Positions 44,622 through 54,806 of a stretch of DNA of 62,494 bases are shown piece after piece. The notes below the pieces were generated by a model. It made no database searches. It was not told the DNA's origin and worked only from the letters and a program-made list of their open reading frames with translations. The position numbers were made by a program, and so were the translations under genes. The number at the start of each line of letters is the position of its first letter. The stretch's first letter is position 1. Source of the DNA: a virus (Duplodnaviria > Caudoviricetes); the IMG/VR virus record IMGVR_UViG_3300032318_001284, positions 1-62,494 of that record. One strand, written 5' to 3'.

Positions 44622-45567
44622 ACAGCCACGGTTCTACAGGGGCAAGCCACAGAACCTCGACGCCAGCAAGGCCAACATCGTTGAATGGGGCGCGTCCCCG
44701 CTAAACAAGGCTCTGGAGAAAATTGTCGAGCCCGTCCCTCCAAGGCAGACCCTCCCGCCGCCGGCTGCTTTCAGCAGCGACGAATGGCTGCACCGGGGCA
44801 TCCAGCAGGCCGTCGATGAAGGCATTCCCGGCGGTTCGCTCCAAGAGCGCGTGACTCCTCCGTACCTGCGGAGCGTTGCCGATGACAGGGAGTTCCTGTG
44901 GAACCTCCAGAAATTGCTGGAATCCAAGGGCGTACACGGGCTGGACCCATACGGACAGAACGGGCTACCACAGCGAGGCGCATTCAAGGCGACGTTCAGT
45001 TCCGGCGACAACGTCGTGAAGTTCGGTGATCCGGGCGCATCGGAGTGGGAGGGGGCAGCGCTTCCTGAAGGCGTGTGGGGTGTAAATGCCCTGACGGACT
45101 CCTTCGATTACGGCCCAATCCACACAGAAGACAATCCGTACACGCCCCACAGCGGCCTGAGCGTGTACCTCCAGCCCCGCACCGAGCTAGTGCATCCGAA
45201 ATGGGGCTCGCCTCTCGATGACATGCTGCACCACAAGACCCTGTCCCGAGCCTTGGAAAAACAGGGCTGGATGTGGACAGACGATCACCGCAGAAACATG
45301 GCGTTCCTGAAGGGAGATGACTACAACCCCGTAGTCATTGACGGGGAAGTCAGGCCATATGGCGGCATGGTTGAGCCGCCTGTCGGCCAGCGGCAAAACC
45401 CTCCACCCGGATACGGCGCACCGGGGGCAGTTCCGGCGCCATTTGTGCCGCCTGTCCAGCCAGACTGGTACTACAGCGTTCTGGCCCCGCTGCTTATGTC
45501 AGCCGCAGCCGGCCAGCAGCAGCAGCAGCAGTCCAACCCACTAACCGGCCTGACGGAGAGTTACTGA
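44611..45567 (+). CDS. Protein-kinase-like fold protein, putative virion-delivered effector
   Basis: RGAFKATF (G-loop), VVKFG, DDHRRN (catalytic loop), VVIDG; hydrophobic/poly-Q tail ending NPLTGLTESY. Confidence 0.6.
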   Translation: MAGRQPRFYRGKPQNLDASKANIVEWGASPLNKALEKIVEPVPPRQTLPPPAAFSSDEWLHRGIQQAVDEGIPGGSLQERVTPPYLRSVADDREFLWNLQKLLESKGVHGLDPYGQNGLPQRGAFKATFSSGDNVVKFGDPGASEWEGAALPEGVWGVNALTDSFDYGPIHTEDNPYTPHSGLSVYLQPRTELVHPKWGSPLDDMLHHKTLSRALEKQGWMWTDDHRRNMAFLKGDDYNPVVIDGEVRPYGGMVEPPVGQRQNPPPGYGAPGAVPAPFVPPVQPDWYYSVLAPLLMSAAAGQQQQQQSNPLTGLTESY

Positions 45568-47150
45568 TGCAGACCTCGCCAGAAGCATGGGGTGGTGGTG
45601 GCGTTGGCCCCGGCGGGGCGCCACTGCCGATGAGGAAGCGGTCGCTCACCGAGGATTTCAACGAGGTGTCGCCCGAGCAGGGTCAGTACCTGCAAATGGC
45701 CCGGGATGCCTTCTACACCGCCCCGTCCATCCAGCCGACTCTCCCAGACTCCCCTCGCGTAACCCCTGCCCAGTATCTTCGGGAGGAGATCGTCGGCCGT
45801 GCCCGAAAGCGTGGGGCCGAGCTTTCCCCAGAGGCAATCGAAGCAGCCTTGGGGAACATCTTCAACCACATGACAGGCCAGAAGGCTGGCGACCCGCTTA
45901 CCGTCGAACTCTCACAATATGCCCTGCGGCGGCTCAAGGGCGAGTCCCCGGTGGGCGATGCTCCGACTAAGGCGTTCGCCGGGCAGACCCTGAGCCAGCG
46001 GGCAGACCGCCGGCGTGACGGATTCCAAGACGGGCGGTTCATCACGAGCCCGGGGCTGGACACGCAGCTAGAAGCACTGCGTGCCTACACGCTGCTTGGG
46101 GCGATGGAAGATTCCCCGGACTTGCAGTTGCCGATGTTCAACCTCTCCGGCAACATCAACTCGGTTGTCGCCCTGCCCTACGCTGTCGGCAACCCCATGA
46201 ACTGGGGCACTTCGGACCCGACCGTAGACGCCGGTGCCGGGATTCGGCACTTGATCGGGCTTCGGAACGGCTATTCGTTCGTTGATCCCGTGGGGGCGCG
46301 GAGGTCCGAGGCCGAATACTGGGCACGTCTGGGGGACAAGGCCAAGGCTCAAGAGGGGCAGTACAAGAGTTCTGCTGAAGGCGGCTACTACTGGCCGTAT
46401 TCTTTCATGTCCGACGCCGGCATGGCCCACCAAGGCGAGACTGACTGGGCCAATGCCCTGACAGCCGTGGACAAAAAGAAGGACATGGTGCTGTCCGACA
46501 TGAATATGTGGGGCGGCGAAGAGGGCAAACGGCTGATGCACTTGGGGAATCAGCTAAACCGCGAGGTTCCCATCGTTCCCGAAGGCGCCACCCCCGAGGA
46601 AACACGCCAAGCCAGAGAGCTTTTCCGGCAGCTAACCAACCAGACCGAAAACCGGATGATTGACGAATACCCGCTGTACCAAGAGGCGTGGAACAAGGCC
46701 ATGCCGGGCACGGCCATGGATGTCAAAGAGTATTCGTTCCCGTCTCCGGCGTGGAACACCGTGGCTAATGCACCGAAGTACAGCGTTGACTTGCCAACGA
46801 TCCTTTCGTTTGGGTCGGCCGCACCGGGGATTATCCGCAAGTCTGGCATCAGAGGGCTTGCCAGCCTGTATGCAGCCGACGCTGTCTTAGATCAAGCGAC
46901 CATGGAACAGCCGTATGCTATGACGTTGCACAGCGCCAACAATGACGGCGACCTGTCCAACTACTTCAAGCCGTTCCCGCAAAGCAACGTCTCCGACGAT
47001 CCGGGGCGCCCCGGGGACAGCACATACAGGGCTGATTTTGGCCAATTCAAAGAAAAGCAACGCGATTCGATTCGCAAATTGCTGGAATACCAGCAGAGAC
47101 ACCACCCCCTAGACAAGCTGCAAATGGAGCCAAGAAAGGCTGGTTTTTAG
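45567..47150 (+). CDS. Putative internal virion protein
   Basis: 527 aa; TGATG coupling to the kinase-like gene. Confidence 0.6.
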   Translation: MQTSPEAWGGGGVGPGGAPLPMRKRSLTEDFNEVSPEQGQYLQMARDAFYTAPSIQPTLPDSPRVTPAQYLREEIVGRARKRGAELSPEAIEAALGNIFNHMTGQKAGDPLTVELSQYALRRLKGESPVGDAPTKAFAGQTLSQRADRRRDGFQDGRFITSPGLDTQLEALRAYTLLGAMEDSPDLQLPMFNLSGNINSVVALPYAVGNPMNWGTSDPTVDAGAGIRHLIGLRNGYSFVDPVGARRSEAEYWARLGDKAKAQEGQYKSSAEGGYYWPYSFMSDAGMAHQGETDWANALTAVDKKKDMVLSDMNMWGGEEGKRLMHLGNQLNREVPIVPEGATPEETRQARELFRQLTNQTENRMIDEYPLYQEAWNKAMPGTAMDVKEYSFPSPAWNTVANAPKYSVDLPTILSFGSAAPGIIRKSGIRGLASLYAADAVLDQATMEQPYAMTLHSANNDGDLSNYFKPFPQSNVSDDPGRPGDSTYRADFGQFKEKQRDSIRKLLEYQQRHHPLDKLQMEPRKAGF

Positions 47151-47304
47151 CATGCCAATGAACAACCGTTTGCTTCGCCCAAAGAAGAAATAGCAGGCTC
47201 CGGCCTATATTCCCTAAATGCAGGCTTGCCATATTGGGCAGGATTACTGCATATTGTTTGCAAGCCGCCCACAGGGAATGGGCGAAACACGGAGGGCCAC
47301 ACGC

Positions 47305-48351
47305 ATGGACGATGTTTCTGCCGTTGCCGAAGAGGTCGAGTCTCTTCCGGCCGTTTCATCGGACCCGCCGGCTATGCCGGAGTCGCCGCCAGAAGCCCCG
47401 CAATCCTCCGAGCAGCAGTCTGATGTCTGGGCTTCGTTCCGGCAGATGCCGCAGTTCCAGAGCATGCCGGACCAAGAAATCGCCGCCCGCTTGCAGAACA
47501 GCATGCAGCGAGAGCAGCAGGCGATCCGGGCTCTCCAGCAGTACCAGTCAATCGTGCCGGCCGCTTCTGAGTACCTGTCCAACAGGGAGATGTACCAGCA
47601 GTGGCTCCAGTCCCGCTCGCAGCCGCAGCAGGCTCCCATGCAGGCTGCTCCCGCCCAGCGCGAAGAATCGTGGTGGAATCCGCCCAAGGTCAACGACGCC
47701 TACAAGCAGTACCTCGTCCGCGATGCCAACGGCCGCGAGGTTATTTCTGAGAACGCCCCGCTAGACGCCCAGCACCAGTTGGCGGCGTACCAAGCCTACA
47801 AAGCCGACTTCGCCCAGAAGTTCCTGACCGATCCGCAGGCCGCTCTGGGGCCCATGATCGAGAAAATTGTCAGCAGCCGGGCCCAAGAAATTGCCGAAAG
47901 CCAGCTTTCCGGGTTCAAGGAAGAGGCTCTGGTACAGCGTATTGAGGCTGAAAACAAGGACTGGCTGTACGATCAGACAGGGAATGTATCCAGAGAGGGA
48001 CTTCTAGTCCAAAAATTTATTGAGGACGCAAGGGGCTTAGGCATCAAGGGTGCCGAGGCTCGCTGGGACTACGCTACGAAAATGGTCGAACGGGAGTTGG
48101 CACTGTCCAACCTCCAGCAGGCCGTTCAGCCGCGAGCCCAGACGGCGCCGCCACAAGCGGCACCGGTTGCCCCTCAAGCGGTCCAGCAGGCACCACAGGA
48201 TTCGGCCCAGCGAAACATGGAATACCTGCGTCAGCAGGCTTCCAGAACAGCAACGCGACGGCCAAGTTCAACCACCGACTCAAGAGTCCCCCAAAAGCCG
48301 ATGTCCTTCGCAGAACGGATGTACTCCAATCTGCAAGGGCTTCCCGACTGA
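47305..48351 (+). CDS. Capsid scaffolding protein (putative)
   Basis: GGAGG RBS; acidic, Gln-rich coiled coil directly upstream of the major capsid gene. Confidence 0.7.
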   Translation: MDDVSAVAEEVESLPAVSSDPPAMPESPPEAPQSSEQQSDVWASFRQMPQFQSMPDQEIAARLQNSMQREQQAIRALQQYQSIVPAASEYLSNREMYQQWLQSRSQPQQAPMQAAPAQREESWWNPPKVNDAYKQYLVRDANGREVISENAPLDAQHQLAAYQAYKADFAQKFLTDPQAALGPMIEKIVSSRAQEIAESQLSGFKEEALVQRIEAENKDWLYDQTGNVSREGLLVQKFIEDARGLGIKGAEARWDYATKMVERELALSNLQQAVQPRAQTAPPQAAPVAPQAVQQAPQDSAQRNMEYLRQQASRTATRRPSSTTDSRVPQKPMSFAERMYSNLQGLPD

Positions 48352-48372
48352 TAAGAAAGGGTTATCAAAGCC

Positions 48373-49539
48373 ATGGCTTCGCCAAACGACTGGGCACGCG
48401 CAATTGCCACGACCATCGTCCAGCACACGCGGGAAGAAGAGATCGCCGTTTTCCGGCGGTTCAAGGTCTTCACGATGCTGGAAGCGTCGGGCAACATTCT
48501 CATGAACCAGTCTGGACGAGGCTTTGACTGGAATGTTCGCTATCGCAACGCTCCGGTAACCGGCAATACCGGAGACACGCCCCGGACATTCTCTCGTACC
48601 AACATGTGGAAGAGAGCAGAGCTTCCGTGGCGCGGGTTCACGACCACGGACTCCATCTACCGCCGCGAGTTGCTGGAGAACCGTGGCAAAGAAGCCCTCG
48701 TCAACGTGGCTTCGCAGATGGCGCAGCGGCTGCAAGAGTCGCTTGAGCAGTACCTGAGCTATCAGCCCTACGTGGACGGTAACGCCTCGGGGAACGAGAA
48801 TTTCTTCCACGGTGCGCTGTCGTTCCTCGGATACGACGGCACGCTGGACGAGGATGGCCCGAGCGCCAAGCAGCAGGACACGACGGCCAGCGGCAACTAC
48901 AAGGGCGGCACGGGCGACCGGTTCGGCTTCCCGACCGACACCTACGCGGGCCTCTCGACCCAGTTGGGCTACTACGGCGGTGGCCGGCTCAACGCCACTT
49001 CCGGTGTTTTTCCGGACGTTCCGGTAGACCCGGAGTTCGACTTCTATTCTCCCATCATCGTGAACTACAACGCCTCGGGATGGAAGAACAAGCGAACATG
49101 GGCGGACAACTGCATTCAGGCGACCCGAGAGGGCATCGTCCAGTGTAAGCGAAACGACTCCAAGGAAAGCCAGATCGACATGGTTGTCCTTGATCGCAAG
49201 CTGTTCATCCAGTACCTGAACCAACTGGAGAGCAAGGAGCGGGCGATCATCACCCGCGAGAACGGCCTCCGGTCGTTTGGCTACGCAGATGTATTTGAAC
49301 AGGACGGCTGCGAAATCTGCCACGAGACGGCTGTTCCGTCCGGTTTGGGCTTCGGCCTGTCCATCGGGAACATGGAACTCCGCTGCCTTGAGAACCAGTT
49401 GTTCATGGCAGAGGGGCCCTATTTCTCGGAGGAGACGCAGGCATATAGGTACGCCTGTTCAACGCTCGGGAACATGCGTTTCAAGAGCCCGCGCAATTTC
49501 TTCCTGCTGGCTCCGGTGACGGCGCCCGCCACGGTCTGA
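48373..49539 (+). CDS. Major capsid protein (podoviral HK97-fold type)
   Basis: ATTI...SG....WNVRY...AELPWR...I...E...NRGKEALVN...YVDG pattern; 388 aa. Confidence 0.85.
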   Translation: MASPNDWARAIATTIVQHTREEEIAVFRRFKVFTMLEASGNILMNQSGRGFDWNVRYRNAPVTGNTGDTPRTFSRTNMWKRAELPWRGFTTTDSIYRRELLENRGKEALVNVASQMAQRLQESLEQYLSYQPYVDGNASGNENFFHGALSFLGYDGTLDEDGPSAKQQDTTASGNYKGGTGDRFGFPTDTYAGLSTQLGYYGGGRLNATSGVFPDVPVDPEFDFYSPIIVNYNASGWKNKRTWADNCIQATREGIVQCKRNDSKESQIDMVVLDRKLFIQYLNQLESKERAIITRENGLRSFGYADVFEQDGCEICHETAVPSGLGFGLSIGNMELRCLENQLFMAEGPYFSEETQAYRYACSTLGNMRFKSPRNFFLLAPVTAPATV

Positions 49540-49571
49540 CCCATAATCACCACCACTCCACAGGAGTAGAC

Positions 49572-50198
49572 ATGTCCACGATTTTCTCTGATCCGGGCTG
49601 GCGGCGTGGAAGCACCCTGCTGAACCGTGAGGCCATCGAACTCGACGCCGATAGTCGGCCGATTGCTGGCCGGGAGCTGATCGGTCAGGTCAAGGTCTTC
49701 CAAGACGTTGATCCGTCCAGCGGCCAGCGGTACAGCAACCGCCTCGTCTACTGCGTTGCCGCCCGGTACACGGGCTCGACCACTCTGACGAGTGCGGATG
49801 CCGGCAAGGTGGTGTCGTTCAACACCGTCGCCGCCTCCGGGCCGCTGATTTCGCCCAGCGTCTATGACCTCACGGACGGGCCTCTGTCCGAGTTTGGCGG
49901 GGTGGCCACGACCACCGACGTGAACACGAACTTCCGTACCTACGGGGTTCTGGACGAGTACCTGACCGAGGACGTGCGGCAGAACGACATCGTCTGGGTG
50001 GTGATGAAGGGGCCCACTTCGGTGCAGTCCGCCGGCACGGCCGTTGCGGCCGGCGGGGTTGTCGAAGTCACCGGTACGGCGGGCCGAATCCAGACCCGCT
50101 CGTCTGGTAGCATCATCGGCACCCAGCTTAACGGTGCTTCGGTCGGCGGTACTGCCGGTGCCCTCATCCGCGTCAACCTGCACAACGACCGCATCTAG
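49572..50198 (+). CDS. Capsid decoration/cement protein (putative)
   Basis: AGGAG RBS; follows the capsid gene; WVV.KGP beta-rich motif. Confidence 0.65.
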   Translation: MSTIFSDPGWRRGSTLLNREAIELDADSRPIAGRELIGQVKVFQDVDPSSGQRYSNRLVYCVAARYTGSTTLTSADAGKVVSFNTVAASGPLISPSVYDLTDGPLSEFGGVATTTDVNTNFRTYGVLDEYLTEDVRQNDIVWVVMKGPTSVQSAGTAVAAGGVVEVTGTAGRIQTRSSGSIIGTQLNGASVGGTAGALIRVNLHNDRI

Positions 50199-50228
50199 TC
50201 GGTTGCTGTCGCGCTCAACGCCACGATA

Positions 50229-50258
50229 CAGCCCGCTGGGGAAATCCCCGGCGGGCTG
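50229..50258 (+). terminator. Stem-loop after the capsid operon
   Basis: CAGCCCGCTGGGG-AAAT-CCCCGGCGGGCTG; weak U-tract. Confidence 0.55.
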
Positions 50259-50273
50259 CTATCATTTACGGGC

Positions 50274-50951
50274 ATGTCACAGCCTTGTATCCACTGCGGG
50301 ACCATATTCCCGCCGGACCGAGAGCATTTCCATTGGCACAAGAAGGACGGCTTGACAAGCGTCTGCCTGTCCTGCCATAAGGCTCAACGTCGCCACCAGA
50401 AGAAGCGGGAGCAGGCCAAACGATCCGCCGGCCTCAAGAAGATCGAGGCTTCGGCCGTAGACCTGTACTCCAAGCTGGCCCAAGCTGGCGGGTCGAATAT
50501 CCCGCATTCGGCCGAGTTGGTGGAGAAACTGTGCGAGTATTTCGGGGGAGTTTCTGGGTTTGCCGCCATCGTGGTGAAGCAGTATTACGACGCCAAACCC
50601 GGGACTAGCACCAGAAACAAGGTACTGGAAACGATTTGCCGGCTAATTCAGACAAACGTGGACAGCGGCGGGGCCAAAAAGCCACTGACGCTCTGGAGCG
50701 AGGAAGAACTTGAAGCCGAACTGCAAGAGCGTTTCCGGGTTGCCGTCTTGTCACAGCGGATGCTGATAGATGCCACGCCGACACCCGAAAGCCAATCCTC
50801 CGAAGATTCCCAAGATTCCGAGCCTGTCCCAGCACCAACTGGACAAGATCAAGGAACTCCAGAACGAACTGCGGGAGCGGCAACTGGAGGGGCTGAAGCT
50901 CTACCAGCCGACGCCGCCGCAGGAGGAAATCCACAAGTGCTTGGCGAGTGA
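50274..50951 (+). CDS. Putative terminase small subunit with N-terminal Zn finger
   Basis: CIHC...F...C..C; helical core ending SEEELEAEL; overlaps terL. Confidence 0.55.
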   Translation: MSQPCIHCGTIFPPDREHFHWHKKDGLTSVCLSCHKAQRRHQKKREQAKRSAGLKKIEASAVDLYSKLAQAGGSNIPHSAELVEKLCEYFGGVSGFAAIVVKQYYDAKPGTSTRNKVLETICRLIQTNVDSGGAKKPLTLWSEEELEAELQERFRVAVLSQRMLIDATPTPESQSSEDSQDSEPVPAPTGQDQGTPERTAGAATGGAEALPADAAAGGNPQVLGE

Positions 50952-52461
50952 AATCCTCGTCATCGGCGGCAATCGCTCCGGCAAATCGCTCTCGACGTTT
51001 GTCGAAGACGCACGGGCCGTAACCGGGCAAGACCCCTACAAGAAATACCCCGAGCGAGACGGCGTACTCGTCATCATCGGGAAGGACTGGAAGCACATAG
51101 GGCTGGTCGTTTACCCGTGCTTGTTCCGTCCCGGGGCGTTCAAGATCATCAAGGACTTGGCCACTGGAGAGTGGAGGCCCTTCAACCCCGCCACCGACGA
51201 AGACCGCCGGTGGGAATCCCGGCCAGCGCCGCCGCTAATCCCGAAGCGGCTGGTCAAATCCACGTCGTGGGTTTTGAAATCGGCCCAGTACATCCAGCAA
51301 TGCACCCTGCACACCGGCTGGACAATCTACTTCTTCTCCAGCGAGGGCGACCCTGTACAAGGCTTTAGCGCAGACAGAGTCCACATAGACGAAGACATTA
51401 ACAACGAGAACTGGGTGCCAGAGATGCAGGGGCGCATCGTGGACCGCCGTGGACGCTTGTGCTGGTCGGCCATGCCCCATAGCACCAACAACGCTCTAAT
51501 AAGCCTGAAGGACAGGGCTGACGAGCAAGAGGCCCTGCATGGCGAAGAGTCTTCTATCCGGTTGTTCAAGCTGCGGTTCTTGGACAACCCCTATCTAAAC
51601 GAAAAAGAGAAGCAAAAGTCCATCGAGCGGTGGGCTGCTGTGGGCGTGGACACGCTGCGGCAGCGTGCGGAGGGCGACTTCATCACGGACTCCGTGCTGA
51701 TGTACCCGTCATTCGACATGAGCATCCACGGCTACGCCAGAGAAAACTTGGAGGACGGCCAAGTCCCGCAGAATTGGACCCGCTACGCCGTAATCGACCC
51801 GGGCCACACCGTCACGGCCGTGCTTTTCGCCGCTGTTCCCCCAGACGAGAGCATGATCCTGCTGTATGACCAGCTATATCTGCGGCAATGCAATGCCTCG
51901 GTGTTTGGCGAGCAATTTGAAACGAAGGTCAAAGACCACCAGTTTCACGCCTTCATCATCGACGCCCACGGTGCCCGCATCAGAGACATCGGCTCCGGCA
52001 GGTTGCCCAGCGAGCAGTACACCGAACAGATGATGCAGCGAAACATTCGCTCCCAAGTTACCGGCTCAAGTTTCATTGCGGGGTGCGATGACATCCCGGC
52101 ACGCACAGAGGCCACCCGGGTCAGCCTGCACATCCGGGCCCAAACAGGCACGCCGCTGCTGCGGGTGCTGAAGAGCGCAATTCCCGATTTAGAGCGGGAA
52201 ATCAAGCGATACCGCAAAAAAGTCAACTACGTGGCCGGCGTGCCTGTCGTTACAGACATGCCCAATACCCGAGGGGAGTGCCACATAGTTCAGTGCATGG
52301 AGTACCTGTGCGCTTACAGGCCACGCTATCATGCTCCACCGGAGAAGCCGGAAGCGGAGCCGTGGTGGGTAAAACTGCTGGAACGCCGCAAGAAGCGGCT
52401 TGGCGAAGAAGAAGGTGGTTACGTAAACTTGGGCCCAACCTATGGAGGAGGATACGGTTAG
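50770..52461 (+). CDS. terL: Terminase large subunit
   Basis: PTPPQ, GGNRSGKS (Walker A), VHIDED (Walker B), DNPYL and IDPG nuclease motif. Confidence 0.93.
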   Translation: MPRRHPKANPPKIPKIPSLSQHQLDKIKELQNELRERQLEGLKLYQPTPPQEEIHKCLASEILVIGGNRSGKSLSTFVEDARAVTGQDPYKKYPERDGVLVIIGKDWKHIGLVVYPCLFRPGAFKIIKDLATGEWRPFNPATDEDRRWESRPAPPLIPKRLVKSTSWVLKSAQYIQQCTLHTGWTIYFFSSEGDPVQGFSADRVHIDEDINNENWVPEMQGRIVDRRGRLCWSAMPHSTNNALISLKDRADEQEALHGEESSIRLFKLRFLDNPYLNEKEKQKSIERWAAVGVDTLRQRAEGDFITDSVLMYPSFDMSIHGYARENLEDGQVPQNWTRYAVIDPGHTVTAVLFAAVPPDESMILLYDQLYLRQCNASVFGEQFETKVKDHQFHAFIIDAHGARIRDIGSGRLPSEQYTEQMMQRNIRSQVTGSSFIAGCDDIPARTEATRVSLHIRAQTGTPLLRVLKSAIPDLEREIKRYRKKVNYVAGVPVVTDMPNTRGECHIVQCMEYLCAYRPRYHAPPEKPEAEPWWVKLLERRKKRLGEEEGGYVNLGPTYGGGYG

Positions 52462-52462
52462 C

Positions 52463-52792
52463 ATGGCAAACAACGAAACTTGGACGATGCCCCGGCCGGC
52501 TATTGGAGACATCGTGCTGTTCAGCACTGACATCCACACGTTCAGCAACCCGACCATCGGGTTCGTCGTGCAGGAGCCCGGAGACAGCACCGTCAGAATC
52601 CTGACGTTCACGCCCCACGGCTGGGTAGACAGGCCGTCAGCCCACCACCGCGATGACCCCGAAATCCACGGCGACCACGGCTGGGAGGATTTGGGTGTGT
52701 GGCAGTTCGCGCCCATCACCGAAGCCGTCTACAAGGGCGCCGCGCTAGCAGCCGCCGCGAAGGAGAAGCCAGCACATGTCGGCAGTAAGTGA
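52463..52792 (+). CDS. Hypothetical protein
   Basis: MPRPAIGDIVLF...HHRDDP...G.W motif. Confidence 0.7.
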   Translation: MANNETWTMPRPAIGDIVLFSTDIHTFSNPTIGFVVQEPGDSTVRILTFTPHGWVDRPSAHHRDDPEIHGDHGWEDLGVWQFAPITEAVYKGAALAAAAKEKPAHVGSK

Positions 52793-54806
52793 CCTCCTGC
52801 GTCAGCTAACCCACACTTGGGTGAAAAAGCTGAACGCCGCCGTCAAGTACAAGAAGCCCTTCACGGAAGACGCGAAGGAAGCCTCGATGTTTTTTGATGG
52901 CGAGCATAACTGGATGTGGCGGGACAATTACGCGCGCGGTGACAAGGGGTACAACTCCAGCATTGCGCCGCCTAATTTCCGCATTCAGGTGAACAAGGTT
53001 TTTGAACTGGTGGATATATACGGCGCAGTCATGTACCACCGCAATCCGGTGCGTACCGTGAGCGTGATGGATCATCCAGACCTTCCCCCGGAAGTGTTTG
53101 GCATCCACCCAACGCCGGACATGGACATCCGCATGCTGCCCCCCGAGCAGCAGCAGATTCTGCAAATGGCCCTTCAGGAGGCTTCCCTGAAGGAGCAGCG
53201 GCGCGGCACCGCGATGATCCTAGAGAAGTATTTGAACTGGACGCCGCAGGAACTCGACCTGAAGAAACAGGGCCAAAAGTGGGTCAGGGAAGCGCTCATC
53301 AAGGGCATGGGCATCATGTGGACCGAGATGATGACGCTCGACACGTCCACTGACGGCCAGCAGCCGCCGGTGCGGATGGTCGGGTCGTTCTACGACACGG
53401 TCGATAACTTTCTCATGGACCCGGACTGGGACAACATGGACGATATTCTCTGGTGCGCCAGAAAATGCGTCTATCCGCTGGAGCAGGTCGCGGAAGAATA
53501 CGGCATCCCAGAAGAAGAACTCCGCAAGGCCGTAGACCGCGACTCCGAGATCAAGCTGGACCGCGAGCCAAAGGGCAAGCGAACCAAGGCCAATCTGGAA
53601 AACACCAACGAGCTTCTGACCATCTACAAGGTTTGGTCAAAGTGCGGGATGGGCGACCGGTTCAAGAACGCCCCGAAGGAACACCGTGGTGTCTTCGACC
53701 AGCTTGGCAAATACTGCTACGTGGTAATTTGCGAAGGTCTGGATTACCCGCTGAACATGCCGCCAGAGCTTCTGGAGCAGGCCATGTCGGGTGGCGATGA
53801 CGGTTCTGGGCAACTGCCGGCCGAGCTAATCGCCAAGACGGCGTGGCCGATTCCCTTCTACTGCGACAATTTCGGGTGGCCGTTCACCCCGCTCTGGTTC
53901 CACTGGAAGCCGGGCTACAGCTACCCCATCAGCCACATTCGTCCGGCTATCGGAGAATTGCGGCTGTTGAACTGGGCGATGTCGTTCGCCGCCACCCGCA
54001 TCGCCACGTCATGCGAGACGATGATTGCCGTGCAGAAGGCTGCGGACCAGACAATCAAGGATCAGATTCTTGCCCCGTCCGAGGGCGGTTTCAAAATCAT
54101 CGAGATTTCGGAGCTTCTTGGTCGTGGCATTGGCGACATCATGTCGGTTTTCCAGATGCCGCAGGTTACCAAAGACTTGTGGGACATAATTACCTCGGTT
54201 TCAGACCTGTTTGCGCAGCGCACCGGACTATCTGAATTGGTCTACGGCTATTCACGCTCGGCCTTCAGAAGTGCCAGCGAGGCGCAAATTAAGCAGGAAA
54301 ATATCAGCGTCCGCCCCGATAACATGGCAAACCAGCTTGAAGATGCCATGTCCCTGCTAGCGCGGCGAGAGGCGTTGGCCTGTCGCTGGCTGTTGGAACC
54401 TGAAGACGTTGTCCCCGTGCTTGGCCCCATGGGTGCCATCGCGTGGAAGCAGAACGTGGCGAGCATGGACTTGGTGTCTCTGACACGAGACTTCATCTAC
54501 CGTATCGAAGCAGGGTCTGCGAGAAAGCCGAACAAGGCTACTCGCGTCGAGCAGATGCAGATGGCCGTGCAGACGCTCGGGCCAATCGTGTCGAGTCTCA
54601 TTGGCTCCGGTGTAATTGAGCCATACAACGCTTTGATGCGCGACTGGGCCGATTCCTTAGACATCGACCCGTCCGCTTATCTGATTTCTCCACCCCCGCC
54701 CCCGCCCGTCGCGCCGCCCAACGGTCCTCCCCCCGGAGAGCAGGACGCGGCGGGCGGGGAGGGCCCGGCCCCAGAGCCGGCGCCGGCTGCGGAGGAGCCG
54801 GCCTAG
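52776..54806 (+). CDS. Portal protein
   Basis: 676 aa after terL; KGMGIMW, NFLMDPD, RTGLSEL..G...SASEAQI and IEAGS..KPN patterns of P22/T7-like portals. Confidence 0.85.
   Translation: MSAVSDLLRQLTHTWVKKLNAAVKYKKPFTEDAKEASMFFDGEHNWMWRDNYARGDKGYNSSIAPPNFRIQVNKVFELVDIYGAVMYHRNPVRTVSVMDHPDLPPEVFGIHPTPDMDIRMLPPEQQQILQMALQEASLKEQRRGTAMILEKYLNWTPQELDLKKQGQKWVREALIKGMGIMWTEMMTLDTSTDGQQPPVRMVGSFYDTVDNFLMDPDWDNMDDILWCARKCVYPLEQVAEEYGIPEEELRKAVDRDSEIKLDREPKGKRTKANLENTNELLTIYKVWSKCGMGDRFKNAPKEHRGVFDQLGKYCYVVICEGLDYPLNMPPELLEQAMSGGDDGSGQLPAELIAKTAWPIPFYCDNFGWPFTPLWFHWKPGYSYPISHIRPAIGELRLLNWAMSFAATRIATSCETMIAVQKAADQTIKDQILAPSEGGFKIIEISELLGRGIGDIMSVFQMPQVTKDLWDIITSVSDLFAQRTGLSELVYGYSRSAFRSASEAQIKQENISVRPDNMANQLEDAMSLLARREALACRWLLEPEDVVPVLGPMGAIAWKQNVASMDLVSLTRDFIYRIEAGSARKPNKATRVEQMQMAVQTLGPIVSSLIGSGVIEPYNALMRDWADSLDIDPSAYLISPPPPPPVAPPNGPPPGEQDAAGGEGPAPEPAPAAEEPA

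Noticed and set aside
47226-47255. Sigma70 promoter TTGCCA-18-CATATT before the scaffold gene
   Set aside because: Suboptimal spacing and -10 match; the AT-rich gap is probably regulatory but cannot be called
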